UHGV virus genome: UHGV-0390997
DNA length: 46,394 nt
Reading direction: 5' to 3' (one strand)
From: a virus
Shown here: piece by piece, positions 16,524-26,051 of the stretch
Layout of the letters: the number at the start of each line of letters is the position of its first letter
Position numbering within the stretch: position 1 is the first letter of the stretch
Notes under the pieces: generated by a model
The model's database searches: none
The model's input: only the letters and a program-made list of their open reading frames with translations
Told to the model about the DNA's origin: nothing
Program-made: the position numbers and the translations under genes

Positions 16524-17288
16524 TTAACTGATAGTGACCGCGCAGGATGCAGAAGTGATCGTGACTGGAGTCGCGGAAGAATCGGTAACTTCACAGGTAT
16601 AGGCCCCGGCATCACCGGAAACAGCGCTGGCCTTGTTGAAGGTCGCCGTTGTTTGCCCGCTGACAACCGTTCCGTCTTTCTTCCAGACATAGGTGTAAGG
16701 CGAAGTGCCACCCTCAACCACGACCGACATATTCAGAGCCGATCCGGCCGCTACGCTCTTGGTCGTCGGCAGGTTAGTGGTAAACGCCAGCGCCGGCGGA
16801 GCGACTTCAAATACCACGGTGTCTGCATCAGCCACTTTCCATTCCCCGGAGAAGGTCGAAATATCCGTGGTGCCGAAATCACCAGACCAGGAGGTAGTGT
16901 TGAAGTACCCCATGATATAAGTTCCAGCGTCTTCACCAGTAAAGTCGAAACGGACCCAGATTGTCGGCTGACGGCCGGCCTGCACTTCATCGAAAATATA
17001 TTTCGAGATGGCAATAGCGCCGACTTCCGTCGTCTTGTCTTTCTTGCGGAACTCACCTTCTCCTGAGATGGTGAAGTCCATATTGTTGACCAGGTTCTCA
17101 ACCAGACCTTTCGTATCGTCAGCCTCAGAGGTGACGGTATTCATGGAGTAGTCAAAGCCCTTGGTGGTCATGGCGCCGAGTCGCTTCCATTCGGAAAGCG
17201 CAGGAACCGTATCAGCACAGCCAAAAGCCATGCGGAGCACGGCCACCTTACCAATCAGCTTGCCGGTGTCATTAGCGCAGCCTTGCAT
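16524..17288 (-). CDS. major tail protein with C-terminal Ig-like (Big_2-type) domain (gpV-like)
   Basis: 254 aa with a GAGAGG RBS. The C-terminal ~90 aa carries Ig-like motifs (TYVWKKDGTVVSGQ...GAYTCEVTD). Confidence 0.85.
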   Translation of the reverse strand: MQGCANDTGKLIGKVAVLRMAFGCADTVPALSEWKRLGAMTTKGFDYSMNTVTSEADDTKGLVENLVNNMDFTISGEGEFRKKDKTTEVGAIAISKYIFDEVQAGRQPTIWVRFDFTGEDAGTYIMGYFNTTSWSGDFGTTDISTFSGEWKVADADTVVFEVAPPALAFTTNLPTTKSVAAGSALNMSVVVEGGTSPYTYVWKKDGTVVSGQTTATFNKASAVSGDAGAYTCEVTDSSATPVTITSASCAVTIS

Positions 17289-17302
17289 GTATGCCTCTCA
17301 AT

Positions 17303-17327
17303 TAAAAAAGGCCGCCATATGGCAGCC
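17303..17327 (-). terminator. terminator/attenuator hairpin upstream of the major tail gene
   Basis: Minus-strand GGCTGCCatatGGCGGCC followed by TTTTTT. Confidence 0.45.
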
Positions 17328-17346
17328 TGATGGGTGATTCTGACGA

Positions 17347-17730
17347 TTATTCGCCGTATGTGCAGGAGACGAGCAGCCGGGTTACTAACCGGCCCTCTTC
17401 GGTGGGGATCGGAGCCGGGACATTACCGACAAGCCGCAGCGCGCCAACGCAATCATCGGCGCCGGATTGCGCGCTGATATACTCGACAATGGCGTTTACC
17501 GCGGCGTCAGCAGCATCGGGATTGGCCTTCGAGGAGATCACATCAACCATCACATACCAGTCTCCGCCAAGGTCAAAGGTGATATCGGTACCGCCTGAAG
17601 ACCGGAACACGATGAACTGATCGGTATCTTTCCCGGTATCGCGCCATTGCCGCCATTGGACCTTAAACCCCGCGGTAAGCCCCTCAGCCACAAACAGGTC
17701 TTTGAGGCGCATATACATCGGAGGGGTCAT
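17347..17730 (-). CDS. tail terminator protein (gpU-position)
   Basis: 127 aa, immediately upstream of the major tail gene. Confidence 0.55.
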   Translation of the reverse strand: MTPPMYMRLKDLFVAEGLTAGFKVQWRQWRDTGKDTDQFIVFRSSGGTDITFDLGGDWYVMVDVISSKANPDAADAAVNAIVEYISAQSGADDCVGALRLVGNVPAPIPTEEGRLVTRLLVSCTYGE

Positions 17731-18095
17731 AGCGAAAGCTCCTTCTTCACCACCGCGTCAATCTGGCTGCGGGTATCTTCGAAGCCCTTCGTTAAGAACT
17801 CCTTGCGGGCAGTTGCTCGCCGGAAGTTCTGCTTCACTGCCGGGTCGTGGACATACGCCGCATAGTTGGCAGAGTAACCAACGCGCCCGGTTACCCTGGT
17901 GCCGTTAGCCATGATTTCGCGGAACTGGCTGTTGATGAGCGTCGACGTATCGATCGGGGTGTAAAGTGCTGCCTGCGCGCTGCCGATAAGCATCGCAGAC
18001 TGGATTGCCCGCACGACTTTACGCCCCTGGACGTCTTTGATGATGCGATCGAGGTTGGCCTTGGCCTGGCGGATGCCGCGAACTTTAGCGCCCAT
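17727..18095 (-). CDS. tail completion / head-tail joining protein (gpZ / HK97 gp10-position)
   Basis: 122 aa, ATGA-coupled to the U-like gene. Confidence 0.5.
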   Translation of the reverse strand: MGAKVRGIRQAKANLDRIIKDVQGRKVVRAIQSAMLIGSAQAALYTPIDTSTLINSQFREIMANGTRVTGRVGYSANYAAYVHDPAVKQNFRRATARKEFLTKGFEDTRSQIDAVVKKELSL

Positions 18096-18111
18096 AATCA
18101 GACTCCAGACG

Positions 18112-18135
18112 TAAAAAAGGCCGCCGTAGCGACCT
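18112..18135 (-). terminator. terminator hairpin after the HNH-AP2 gene
   Basis: Minus-strand GGTCGCtacgGCGGCC followed by TTTTTT. Confidence 0.45.
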
Positions 18136-18146
18136 TGTTTTGTGAA

Positions 18147-18689
18147 TTATTGGGCTCGCCCATGATTTTCATGGTAGCCATACTTAAATTCTGCTGACTT
18201 TCTTGCAGCAACAGCATCAATCAGGCTCTCATAATATCCGAGGTGAATCTGCCCACCCGCATGGTTAATCGAAGCAACCCAACGATTATCCCTTAAGCGC
18301 CAATGTACCCCGCAAACGCCAGAGATATTATTTTTATGCCTTGCCGAATTCCTTCCATTACCAACCCTGTCGACATCCCTTAAATTAATTAGGCGATTAT
18401 CGTTTCTGACACCATTGATGTGGTCAATGAAGCCCTCTGGATAGGCTCTGTAAGATAGCGCCCAAGCTATACGATGAGCCTTCATAAGCCTACCTTGAAT
18501 ACCAATCTCTAAATATCCATTGATGTTCAAGCAACCTGCTTCTTTCCCGCAAAATCTAGAGTGCCAAGTATTGAATACCCTTTCGGTTGAAAAATGAATC
18601 CTTGGTCTAGGTTTCCAGGTAATAATTCCAGTTTTTGGGTTATAACTGAAACATTGATGTAAAAAATCGATATCAGGGTCTTTAGCCAT
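18147..18689 (-). CDS. HNH homing endonuclease with C-terminal AP2 DNA-binding domain
   Basis: HNH_3-like KAHRIAWAL...HINGVRNDNRLINLR followed by an AP2-like GVHWRLRDNRWVASINHAGGQIHLGYYESLIDAVAARKSAEFKYG. Markedly AT-rich versus its neighbours. Probable start MAKDPD with a GTGAGG RBS. Confidence 0.8.
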   Translation of the reverse strand: MAKDPDIDFLHQCFSYNPKTGIITWKPRPRIHFSTERVFNTWHSRFCGKEAGCLNINGYLEIGIQGRLMKAHRIAWALSYRAYPEGFIDHINGVRNDNRLINLRDVDRVGNGRNSARHKNNISGVCGVHWRLRDNRWVASINHAGGQIHLGYYESLIDAVAARKSAEFKYGYHENHGRAQ

Positions 18690-18788
18690 AACAAACCTCA
18701 CAGTAGGTTTCACAGAGAGAGGTGCGCGGCAACAGAGTCTGTGTTCTCTGCTTTCGACTGGCCGGTCTAGCCGCGCCATTACATTTTA

Positions 18789-19151
18789 TCACGCGCCGGT
18801 GATAATCGCATAATCGTCCGCCAGTCGCTCGAACGTATCTGCGAACTGGACGATCTGCCGAATCTCATCAGCTTCATCTGGCGGCGCCGCATCGGTTGAT
18901 GCGCCAATCAGGATATAATCCCCTTCCCGCGCCGTTGCGTACTCGGTCCATATCGTGTTTTTAACCACGATCTCCCGGCCAAGGTCACCGATTTTTGCAG
19001 AGAGACCACCCTGGTAGTCGCAGAGGATAGCGATCGGCGCTTCCCACCCGTACGGCTGACCTCCGCCGTCGGTATCGCTACCGTCAGCATCGCGTATGCG
19101 CCGCCAGATTGTCGCCGTCGCGGTGTATGACCAATTAGCTACCGATGACAT
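18789..19151 (-). CDS. head-tail adaptor / head closure protein (putative)
   Basis: 120 aa; position between the connector and tail completion genes. Confidence 0.45.
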   Translation of the reverse strand: MSSVANWSYTATATIWRRIRDADGSDTDGGGQPYGWEAPIAILCDYQGGLSAKIGDLGREIVVKNTIWTEYATAREGDYILIGASTDAAPPDEADEIRQIVQFADTFERLADDYAIITGA

Positions 19152-19323
19152 CAGTCATCCCTCCATCGCAGCACAACAGCACCTGTGGCGCGTATGCGGT
19201 CGCAGTTAATGAACCACTCCCCGTCTCTTTTCACGTACGCCGTGGTCTGCTGGCCGGTATCAGTCATGACCCACACCCGGGTAAACGTCCGCGGCAGCCG
19301 TTGCTGAACTGAAACCCATGCCA

Positions 19324-19704
19324 TCAGCAGCCGCCAACAACGAGAAACAGGCCGACGCTGTTGCCGGCGCTGATTGGTAGTTCACTGGTGCAGCCGCTGG
19401 TATCGAGCTTCGCCAGCGAGTCGCGCAGCCAGGCAATGCCCTCATCTCCATAATCGAACGAGCGCGACGCGCCGGACGGAGCCCCCTGCGATTTTATTCG
19501 CCGGGCGCCGGATGACGTCGCCATGAGTGCAGCGGCATACATCAGGATGAGCTTTGCCGTGCATTCGTCGTATCCCGCACCATCGAGGCACGGGATAATC
19601 TTGTTCACCACGCAGAGAATCGGATCGAGCAACGCTCCGGGGATGGCGTAACCCAACTCACCGAGGAACGCCTGCACGTCTGCCGCTGTGATTGGGTCAG
19701 CCAT
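19324..19704 (-). CDS. head-tail connector protein (gp6-like, putative)
   Basis: 126 aa downstream of the capsid genes. Confidence 0.45.
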   Translation of the reverse strand: MADPITAADVQAFLGELGYAIPGALLDPILCVVNKIIPCLDGAGYDECTAKLILMYAAALMATSSGARRIKSQGAPSGASRSFDYGDEGIAWLRDSLAKLDTSGCTSELPISAGNSVGLFLVVGGC

Positions 19705-19706
19705 GG

Positions 19707-20072
19707 TTATTTCGCCTTCTTGGTTGCTTCTGCCAGTGCTGCTTCAGCTTCGTCAGCGCGTTTTGTTTCTGCTGCCAGCGCGTCGGCGTGAGCCTTGTCT
19801 TTCGCTTCACCATCGGCGATTAGCTGTTGGTTCTGCTCCAGCGCGTCGGCGAGTTGCTTTTGCAGGGCAGTCAGTTCTGCTACAGGCGCGGACGGAGTGG
19901 CCACTTCGAAGGAAAGCTTCTCGCCTTTCTTTTTGTCGGTCTCCTTAGCTTTGCCAGTGCTGATCCAGCGCTCAGCCGTTGCGTCGTCTACATCCACCAC
20001 CGAACCAACCTCCAGTTTGCGGAGGCTGGCACCGGCGTGCAGGTTGCTTGCCACGATTTCTATCAGTGCCAT
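19707..20072 (-). CDS. hypothetical head-module protein (121 aa, charged coiled C-terminus)
   Basis: ORF directly after the major capsid gene. Confidence 0.4.
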   Translation of the reverse strand: MALIEIVASNLHAGASLRKLEVGSVVDVDDATAERWISTGKAKETDKKKGEKLSFEVATPSAPVAELTALQKQLADALEQNQQLIADGEAKDKAHADALAAETKRADEAEAALAEATKKAK

Positions 20073-20081
20073 GACTTATCC

Positions 20082-21179
20082 TTAGCTTGATGCGTGAATT
20101 ACGGAGTATTTATTGTTGATGTCCTGCTTAACCATCAACCCCATTGCACCCCAGGTGCGCCAGATATAGTCGCTGTTGTATTCCGGACGCGGAGAGGCAA
20201 CGGTACCGATAGCCTGGCCAACGATTGGAGCAATGACGCCAGCAGACAGCGGAACGATGACAATTTCGTTACCTGAAAGCTGGCTGTCTTCTTTAATCGC
20301 CGCTACACCGGTCAGTTTCAGGATTTCATCCATGATCGTGCCTGACTGGAAGTTGTCGGAGAAATAACGCTCCAGGTTAGAGATGATTTCACCGGATACG
20401 TACCAGGTCTGTTCTGCATACTGGTTGTTTACGCGACGCATCTGATCACGCAGCGCGATTGCGCCAGCGCGGATAGCCTGAGACGTTGCTGTACCAGAGG
20501 TGAAGTCGATGTTAAGGCCGGAAGCCCCAAGATCGATCTGTGCTACACGCTCATCGTCACGCAACCCTTTCCAGGTCAGGCCGTCGAACACTGCGAAGTT
20601 GCCAGCTTTGTCACGGAAGCCGTTGAAAATGTAGTCAACGTAACGACGCTGAACATCTTCAACGGAACCACGCTGTGCATCCGACTGCGACTGCAATGCC
20701 TGCGGGCTGTTGAAGATTGGATCACGCCATTCGAACTTAAAGCCCGAGTCGTGAATAGGCACCATGGTGCCGTCGAAGGAATAGCTGCGAGCATCCAGCG
20801 CCGCACCGACCTGACCGGACATGGAAGTATGAGCCCAGCCGCGGCCGCCGGTACGAGCGTAATCGTAACGAGACTGCTCAATTCGCACGGAGCGAGACAG
20901 CGGCATCAGATCGTTCAGTAGAGTGAATTCGGTATTCGGCTCGAACTGCTGAAGCACAGTTGTGTCGAAAGCGCGATACAGGCGGCGGATATCGTCAACT
21001 GCGTTCACCGCGTCGAGATAAGGGACGTTTTCTGCATCACCACGGAACTGAGTGCGTGCCAGAAAATCAGCTGCTGCCTGAGCACTGGCGTTTCGCTCAA
21101 GTTCGAGAGCGCGCCATTGCGCCTGGTTTACCGCGAGGTTACCGGTCTTCTCGCCGATAGACTTGGAGAATACAAACAT
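20082..21179 (-). CDS. major capsid protein (lambda E-position, 365 aa)
   Basis: Size and position after a D-like decoration gene and protease/scaffold. Confidence 0.75.
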   Translation of the reverse strand: MFVFSKSIGEKTGNLAVNQAQWRALELERNASAQAAADFLARTQFRGDAENVPYLDAVNAVDDIRRLYRAFDTTVLQQFEPNTEFTLLNDLMPLSRSVRIEQSRYDYARTGGRGWAHTSMSGQVGAALDARSYSFDGTMVPIHDSGFKFEWRDPIFNSPQALQSQSDAQRGSVEDVQRRYVDYIFNGFRDKAGNFAVFDGLTWKGLRDDERVAQIDLGASGLNIDFTSGTATSQAIRAGAIALRDQMRRVNNQYAEQTWYVSGEIISNLERYFSDNFQSGTIMDEILKLTGVAAIKEDSQLSGNEIVIVPLSAGVIAPIVGQAIGTVASPRPEYNSDYIWRTWGAMGLMVKQDINNKYSVIHASS

Positions 21180-21188
21180 ATCTGCTCC

Positions 21189-21623
21189 TTACTTAATTAC
21201 GACACGAAGCAGATCGCCCGCTGCCGTTGTGTATGATTTGTCTTCCTCGACGTAGCAGCGAACTGACTCGTCCCCAGCAGCCACTTTGACTCGGCCGTTT
21301 GCAATCGAGAGCGCTTGCCCCTTGGTGTAGGTACCGGCTGCTGCACGAACGTTTAAGAACATGCCTGGCAGAGGTTGAATACCTACCACCAGTTCGCCAG
21401 CAGGAATAGGGTCATCCACTGAAAGGCAGCGCAGATAGTCTTTGTTGGCCACGTACAGAATTGCAGCTTCATTGCCATCAACCGATGCCGTGAATTTGTC
21501 CGTTGCACTGAAGAAACCAATGGTTCCAGGAGGGGTTGATGCCGCAGCTGCGCCTTCACGGTTAAGCAGCGGATTAGGGAACACGCCGCCGGCGTGGATA
21601 ATATGCTTTCCGTCTTTAGCCAT
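21189..21623 (-). CDS. head decoration protein (gpD-like)
   Basis: 144 aa between the scaffold/protease and major capsid genes. Confidence 0.55.
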   Translation of the reverse strand: MAKDGKHIIHAGGVFPNPLLNREGAAAASTPPGTIGFFSATDKFTASVDGNEAAILYVANKDYLRCLSVDDPIPAGELVVGIQPLPGMFLNVRAAAGTYTKGQALSIANGRVKVAAGDESVRCYVEEDKSYTTAAGDLLRVVIK

Positions 21624-21626
21624 TTT

Positions 21627-23027
21627 TTACTCCGGCATTTCGCTGACTGATTGGGTGTTGGTTGCCTGATGGCGGAATGCACCATTCAGGCCGAAAGATG
21701 TCTGGCACTTGGCGTACATGGCGTCGAGCGCCTTACCGTCCAGATCTGCGACTTCTTCATCGCTCATGTTCATCACCAGCTTCACAGCCGCGCGCTTTTC
21801 GCCTTTCTCTTTGTCGGCGTTAGCGTTCAGGCTGTTGAAAACGACGTCCACGCGATCGGCTAGTTTCTGCGCCCACGCTGGCATCTCTTCGCTGTTGCTG
21901 GCTTGCTCTTTGGCTTTCTTATCGTCAGCCTCTTTCTTTTCACGAGCGGCCTTTTCTTCCGGCGTTTCGTTTTTGGCTGCCGCCTTCTCTGCCGCTAACT
22001 GGTTGTAAGCGTCCATCAGTTCGGCATCGGACTTGCCTTCAGTCGGCTTACCCGCGGCTTGCAGCGCATTGATAATCAGTTCTTTCATCGGATCGTTCTC
22101 TCCGTTGGTTTTAATCTCGTACTCAATGGGTTTGCGCACGACTTCTACAGGTTCGCCGACGAACACGGCTTTGCCGTCGTCATCGATGAGGTACTTCTGC
22201 TTCAGGTATTTGGTGTCATTGCGGTAGATGAAGTTGTCCGGCCACACCGTTTCAGGCCAAAGCCATTTATCTTCAGTGTCACCCTCGCGCAGCTTGTCGC
22301 TGATGGCGCGGGAGATGTCGTCGAAAGAGAAGTTGGAGGCATTGGTGAAGAAGAATTTGGTTTTGTTGATCAGGCCGTCGCGGGTGCAGTCGATACCATC
22401 AGCCAGGCGGGCAACTTCGATCTGTTGATCATCACCTTCCGAGTTAACGAAGATGCCAACGCCCTCTTCCGGCGTACCGGCGCCAGGCTCATCGAGCAGC
22501 ACCGCCACATGGTCAAACATCATGTTGGTGGCGATCTCGTTGTACTTCTTGCCCTTCGACTCGCCATTAGCGGCAATGCCGGAATACAGCAGTCCTGTGG
22601 AGATGTGGATGGGTTCTGAGTTGGTACCGGCGATCATCTCATCAAGGCGATTAATCAGGCGCTTGCCCTTCTCGCTTGACTCGGCGTACTGGCGGTTAAC
22701 GTACATATCACCCGTCACCTTCCCACCTTCGTGGCTGACGTTCTGCAGCCATGCGCCGACGTGATATTCGTTCACCGCCCGGACATCGCGCGCCGACACA
22801 TGCTTGCCGTCCACCTTCGGGTGTCCCAGCGGCATCGGGTTACGCTCAAGCGTGTTGTAGGCCTTTTCGATTTCTGCTGCCGGGTACAACTTCCGGTTCA
22901 TCACGATATCGTCCACGACAGGCGTGATGCCGCGAACCACGATATGTGGCTTGCCGTCGATGGTTTCAGTGGTGATGTTTGAAGCGGAGTTGACGACGGT
23001 CAGCACGTTAACGCGATTGCGTTTCAT
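21627..23027 (-). CDS. prohead protease / scaffolding protein (lambda C/Nu3-position)
   Basis: 466 aa with a highly charged Lys/Glu/Ala-rich C-terminal third (scaffold-like); position after the portal and minor head protein. Confidence 0.5.
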   Translation of the reverse strand: MKRNRVNVLTVVNSASNITTETIDGKPHIVVRGITPVVDDIVMNRKLYPAAEIEKAYNTLERNPMPLGHPKVDGKHVSARDVRAVNEYHVGAWLQNVSHEGGKVTGDMYVNRQYAESSEKGKRLINRLDEMIAGTNSEPIHISTGLLYSGIAANGESKGKKYNEIATNMMFDHVAVLLDEPGAGTPEEGVGIFVNSEGDDQQIEVARLADGIDCTRDGLINKTKFFFTNASNFSFDDISRAISDKLREGDTEDKWLWPETVWPDNFIYRNDTKYLKQKYLIDDDGKAVFVGEPVEVVRKPIEYEIKTNGENDPMKELIINALQAAGKPTEGKSDAELMDAYNQLAAEKAAAKNETPEEKAAREKKEADDKKAKEQASNSEEMPAWAQKLADRVDVVFNSLNANADKEKGEKRAAVKLVMNMSDEEVADLDGKALDAMYAKCQTSFGLNGAFRHQATNTQSVSEMPE

Positions 23028-23056
23028 GCTGGGTCCTCATTGGTGGATTTCTGGCA

Positions 23057-23081
23057 ATAAAAAAGGCCGCACAAGCGGCCT
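23057..23081 (-). terminator. rho-independent terminator after the moron gene 23094..23624
   Basis: Minus-strand GGCCGCttgtGCGGCC followed by TTTTTTAT. Confidence 0.6.
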
Positions 23082-23093
23082 ATCACTAAATGA

Positions 23094-23624
23094 TTATTTG
23101 AATTTTAACTCACTTTCAGCATCACGAACAATTGCTTCAATAATTTCTTCAATCTTAGAAGACATTGAGTCAAATATTCTAAAGTCATGCTCCCCATCCT
23201 CGAAAGATCTTCTTTCAGCTTCTTTATCTGCCTCAAAAAAACTCTTTAGCAATGTCCGGGAAGTTAAACTTAACGAAATTGGTGAAAAGGCATACATTCT
23301 GAGTAGTTGCGCCTTAATTTGGTGAAACTTATCCCAATCAACGTTATCCTCAGGGAAAGAGTAGTTATCGTTATTCTGTGCTATCCATTCTTTTTCGTAA
23401 TATAACGACGCAGCCTTGTATATCTCGTTTATCTCAAAAAGATTATCAAGAACTGAATTGTATGCTACAAACTTTTTCTCCCACCATTTTTCCCGATAAA
23501 ATCGATTCAAAGCAAAGTACGCAGTAAATCCTGCCGCAACGATTCCTGTTGCGATAGGAACAATCAATGACAGAAAAAAAGTACCGACTTCAGTCGCTGT
23601 TATACTGCTCATTGCCATCCCCAA
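23094..23624 (-). CDS. AT-rich moron: single-pass membrane protein (176 aa)
   Basis: N-terminal TM helix (FFLSLIVPIATGIVAAGFTAYFAL) plus a ~140-aa soluble domain. Low GC, with its own terminator; inserted between the minor head protein and protease/scaffold genes. Confidence 0.6.
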   Translation of the reverse strand: MGMAMSSITATEVGTFFLSLIVPIATGIVAAGFTAYFALNRFYREKWWEKKFVAYNSVLDNLFEINEIYKAASLYYEKEWIAQNNDNYSFPEDNVDWDKFHQIKAQLLRMYAFSPISLSLTSRTLLKSFFEADKEAERRSFEDGEHDFRIFDSMSSKIEEIIEAIVRDAESELKFK

Positions 23625-23651
23625 AAGATTGTTCAGATGAACTTGATAATA

Positions 23652-24656
23652 TCATCCTGAAGATGCAATCCAACCTTTCCGTTCTTTCGCCAGCTTATCA
23701 GCCAGCCCCTCGTTGAATATGCTGCCATCGTCGTTGAGCAGCACCGGGATCTGGCTGCAGTAGCAGTTGTACCGGTTGCCGTTCTCAGCGTAGAAGTCGC
23801 GCACTTCTTCGGTGGTGTAGACCTTGCCGTGACGGCTGGCGTGCCAGGTTCGCGTCGTTGGTTTGAGCGCTGACAGCCACAGCAGGCCGGTATTCAGTCC
23901 AAGACGATCCGCCGTCCAGTCCGTTTCGTTCCATTGCGCCTGCCGCAGTGCGCCGACCTGCTCGGTCTGGGCAATATTTTTCGCCCTCGACATCGAGACA
24001 TCAAGGCGCTTGCTGACGATGCTGGCTGTTTCTCGGGGGTTTATGCCGCGGCCTATTGCGTCGGCAATGACGTTAGCGAGATCGGCCCGCACGGCGTCGC
24101 TTATCCCCTTCCAGTCGCTGTACGTGCTGATGTAAGCAGCAGCGATCTGATTCTGATACGCTGGACTGGAAAGCAACTGCAGCAGCGTCGTCTGGCTGGC
24201 GTATACCGGCGACTGTACAGATAAATTCGTGAAGGCCTGCTGCGTTCCTCGCTCATACTCTGCGGCGACATAATCCAGTGCCCAGAGGTTCTGGCTGCCA
24301 CCATCGAGCAGAGCGTCATCCAGAATCGTTTGCACAATCTGTAGAAGGTCGGCTAACTGCGCCGCAGTCATGTCATAAATGTAGGTGCCGGCGTTAACCT
24401 GGTAGAGCGACGGCTCAGCACCTTCGTTATTGCACATCAGCCATGAACGATCGCCGTTAACCTCCCGCTGTCGGCCAGTCAGACGCTGGTCAAACACCAT
24501 TTTCAAACGACGCTTAATATCCAGATACCGGCCTTCGATATCCTGAAACATCCTGCTAACCGGCCTGGCTGATTGCGTGGGGTCCACTTTGCTGCGGGGG
24601 ATTATCGGCATGCCGACTTTACTCTTTTGCTCCTGGGTCATCGGAAAGAGGATCAT
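23652..24656 (-). CDS. minor head protein (SPP1 gp7 / Mu F-like head morphogenesis)
   Basis: 334 aa following the portal gene, as in headful-packaging phages. Confidence 0.7.
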   Translation of the reverse strand: MILFPMTQEQKSKVGMPIIPRSKVDPTQSARPVSRMFQDIEGRYLDIKRRLKMVFDQRLTGRQREVNGDRSWLMCNNEGAEPSLYQVNAGTYIYDMTAAQLADLLQIVQTILDDALLDGGSQNLWALDYVAAEYERGTQQAFTNLSVQSPVYASQTTLLQLLSSPAYQNQIAAAYISTYSDWKGISDAVRADLANVIADAIGRGINPRETASIVSKRLDVSMSRAKNIAQTEQVGALRQAQWNETDWTADRLGLNTGLLWLSALKPTTRTWHASRHGKVYTTEEVRDFYAENGNRYNCYCSQIPVLLNDDGSIFNEGLADKLAKERKGWIASSG

Positions 24657-26040
24657 CGGTTGTCACCTTATTGTTTGGGTCTGGCTGAGCAACCTCTTTG
24701 CGAGGTTCAAGCTCACCGACTGCCCTTACCTCGTTCTCATCGACCACAGGAGTGCCGTAGGCTTGCTGAGTTTTCTGGGCAACATCAGCCATAGTTGCCA
24801 TATTCGCGAGCTTTTCTTTCTCACTGGGAGCGAGCAAGTCAGACCACGCCAAGGTGACCTCGCCCGATGCGGGAGGGTCGATAATACCAATAGTCCAGAA
24901 TCGCTCTATCACTCGCGTAATGACATCAGACATAAAGCCCCAGCGTCGCGCATTGCAACGATTGGCCCACGCGGTTTTATCCTCCTCTGAAGCAAGGTTG
25001 CCTGTCTGCTTGCCAAACAGGATGTTAAACGGACACTGAATCGTCGACGCGAATGAGTTTGCAGAAACCGTCCACGTTGGTGTCGGATCAGCTGCCGCAA
25101 CAGAAAGAACGCTCGCCTTCCCTGCCTGCATGGCTATTGCAGCATCCGTACCGCGGTTAAGCTTATTCACCTTGTCATTCATCGCATCACCAAGGCTGTT
25201 ATATCCAGCATCCTTGGCTTGCTTGATTAGCGTGTCAATTTGGGTGGCGGCATCGAACTCCATCGCCAGTTGACGACTGGCGTTCTTCAGAAACCCCTCA
25301 GCACTACCGCCTTTCGTCTTCTCAATATCGAGGAGGTCATTGTAGCCGGCCTCAAGAAGCGGGATTCCCGACAGGATATTCTCATCCTCTGAGCCTTCAC
25401 AGAGCAGAATGATACGGTCAGGATGCACCTGAACCGAACGAGGGCTGCTATACGTGCCCTCGTCGCCTATCGGTTGTTCATTAAACTGATAGCTGACGGG
25501 CTGCCCGTAGGTTTCCGACCAGGTATCAATATCAAGGTTGCCAGGTTTGACTTGCGGCTCCCATGCCGGGATCAGTTTAACCAGTGCAGCACTACCTAGC
25601 CTCTGGACCAGTGCCACATCAACAGGCTCACTCCAGTCTCGATTATCTTTCACCTGAATCAGAAGTGCTGAGTAACGCCCAACCATATTGCGGCGGTCAG
25701 CGTCTTTAATTTTCGCCCAGTGCTTTTTCATCAGTTTGGTAACTGACTTTTCCCATGGCGTAGTTTTGGTCGACTCCCTGTCTTCATCACCATCGATGAT
25801 GGTCGGCCTGTCCATCCAGCAGGAATCCAGCAATTTATGGACAGCTGCAAAACCGGTAGAACCGCGGCGATACTGGCGATAGAAATTGTCGAAAGTTAGC
25901 GTGTCCGGGTAGCCGAACTCGTCCCATAACTTTGTCCGTTTAACGTTGCCATTACGCCCTGCGTAGAGCATGCGCTGGCGCCCGATAGCATCAGCAAGGG
26001 CATTAACGAGGAATTGTTCCCCGGTGCTTAATTCACTCAC
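24619..26040 (-). CDS. portal protein
   Basis: 473 aa immediately downstream of the large terminase. Confidence 0.85.
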   Translation of the reverse strand: MSELSTGEQFLVNALADAIGRQRMLYAGRNGNVKRTKLWDEFGYPDTLTFDNFYRQYRRGSTGFAAVHKLLDSCWMDRPTIIDGDEDRESTKTTPWEKSVTKLMKKHWAKIKDADRRNMVGRYSALLIQVKDNRDWSEPVDVALVQRLGSAALVKLIPAWEPQVKPGNLDIDTWSETYGQPVSYQFNEQPIGDEGTYSSPRSVQVHPDRIILLCEGSEDENILSGIPLLEAGYNDLLDIEKTKGGSAEGFLKNASRQLAMEFDAATQIDTLIKQAKDAGYNSLGDAMNDKVNKLNRGTDAAIAMQAGKASVLSVAAADPTPTWTVSANSFASTIQCPFNILFGKQTGNLASEEDKTAWANRCNARRWGFMSDVITRVIERFWTIGIIDPPASGEVTLAWSDLLAPSEKEKLANMATMADVAQKTQQAYGTPVVDENEVRAVGELEPRKEVAQPDPNNKVTTDDPLSDDPGAKE

Positions 26041-26051
26041 TGATGAGCTCC

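Noticed and set aside
22059-22619. 186-aa plus-strand ORF inside the protease/scaffold gene, with similar antisense ORFs in the terminase (26454..27338), portal and capsid genes
   Set aside because: Antisense to well-supported structural genes in an otherwise unidirectional late operon; typical GC-rich shadow ORFs.
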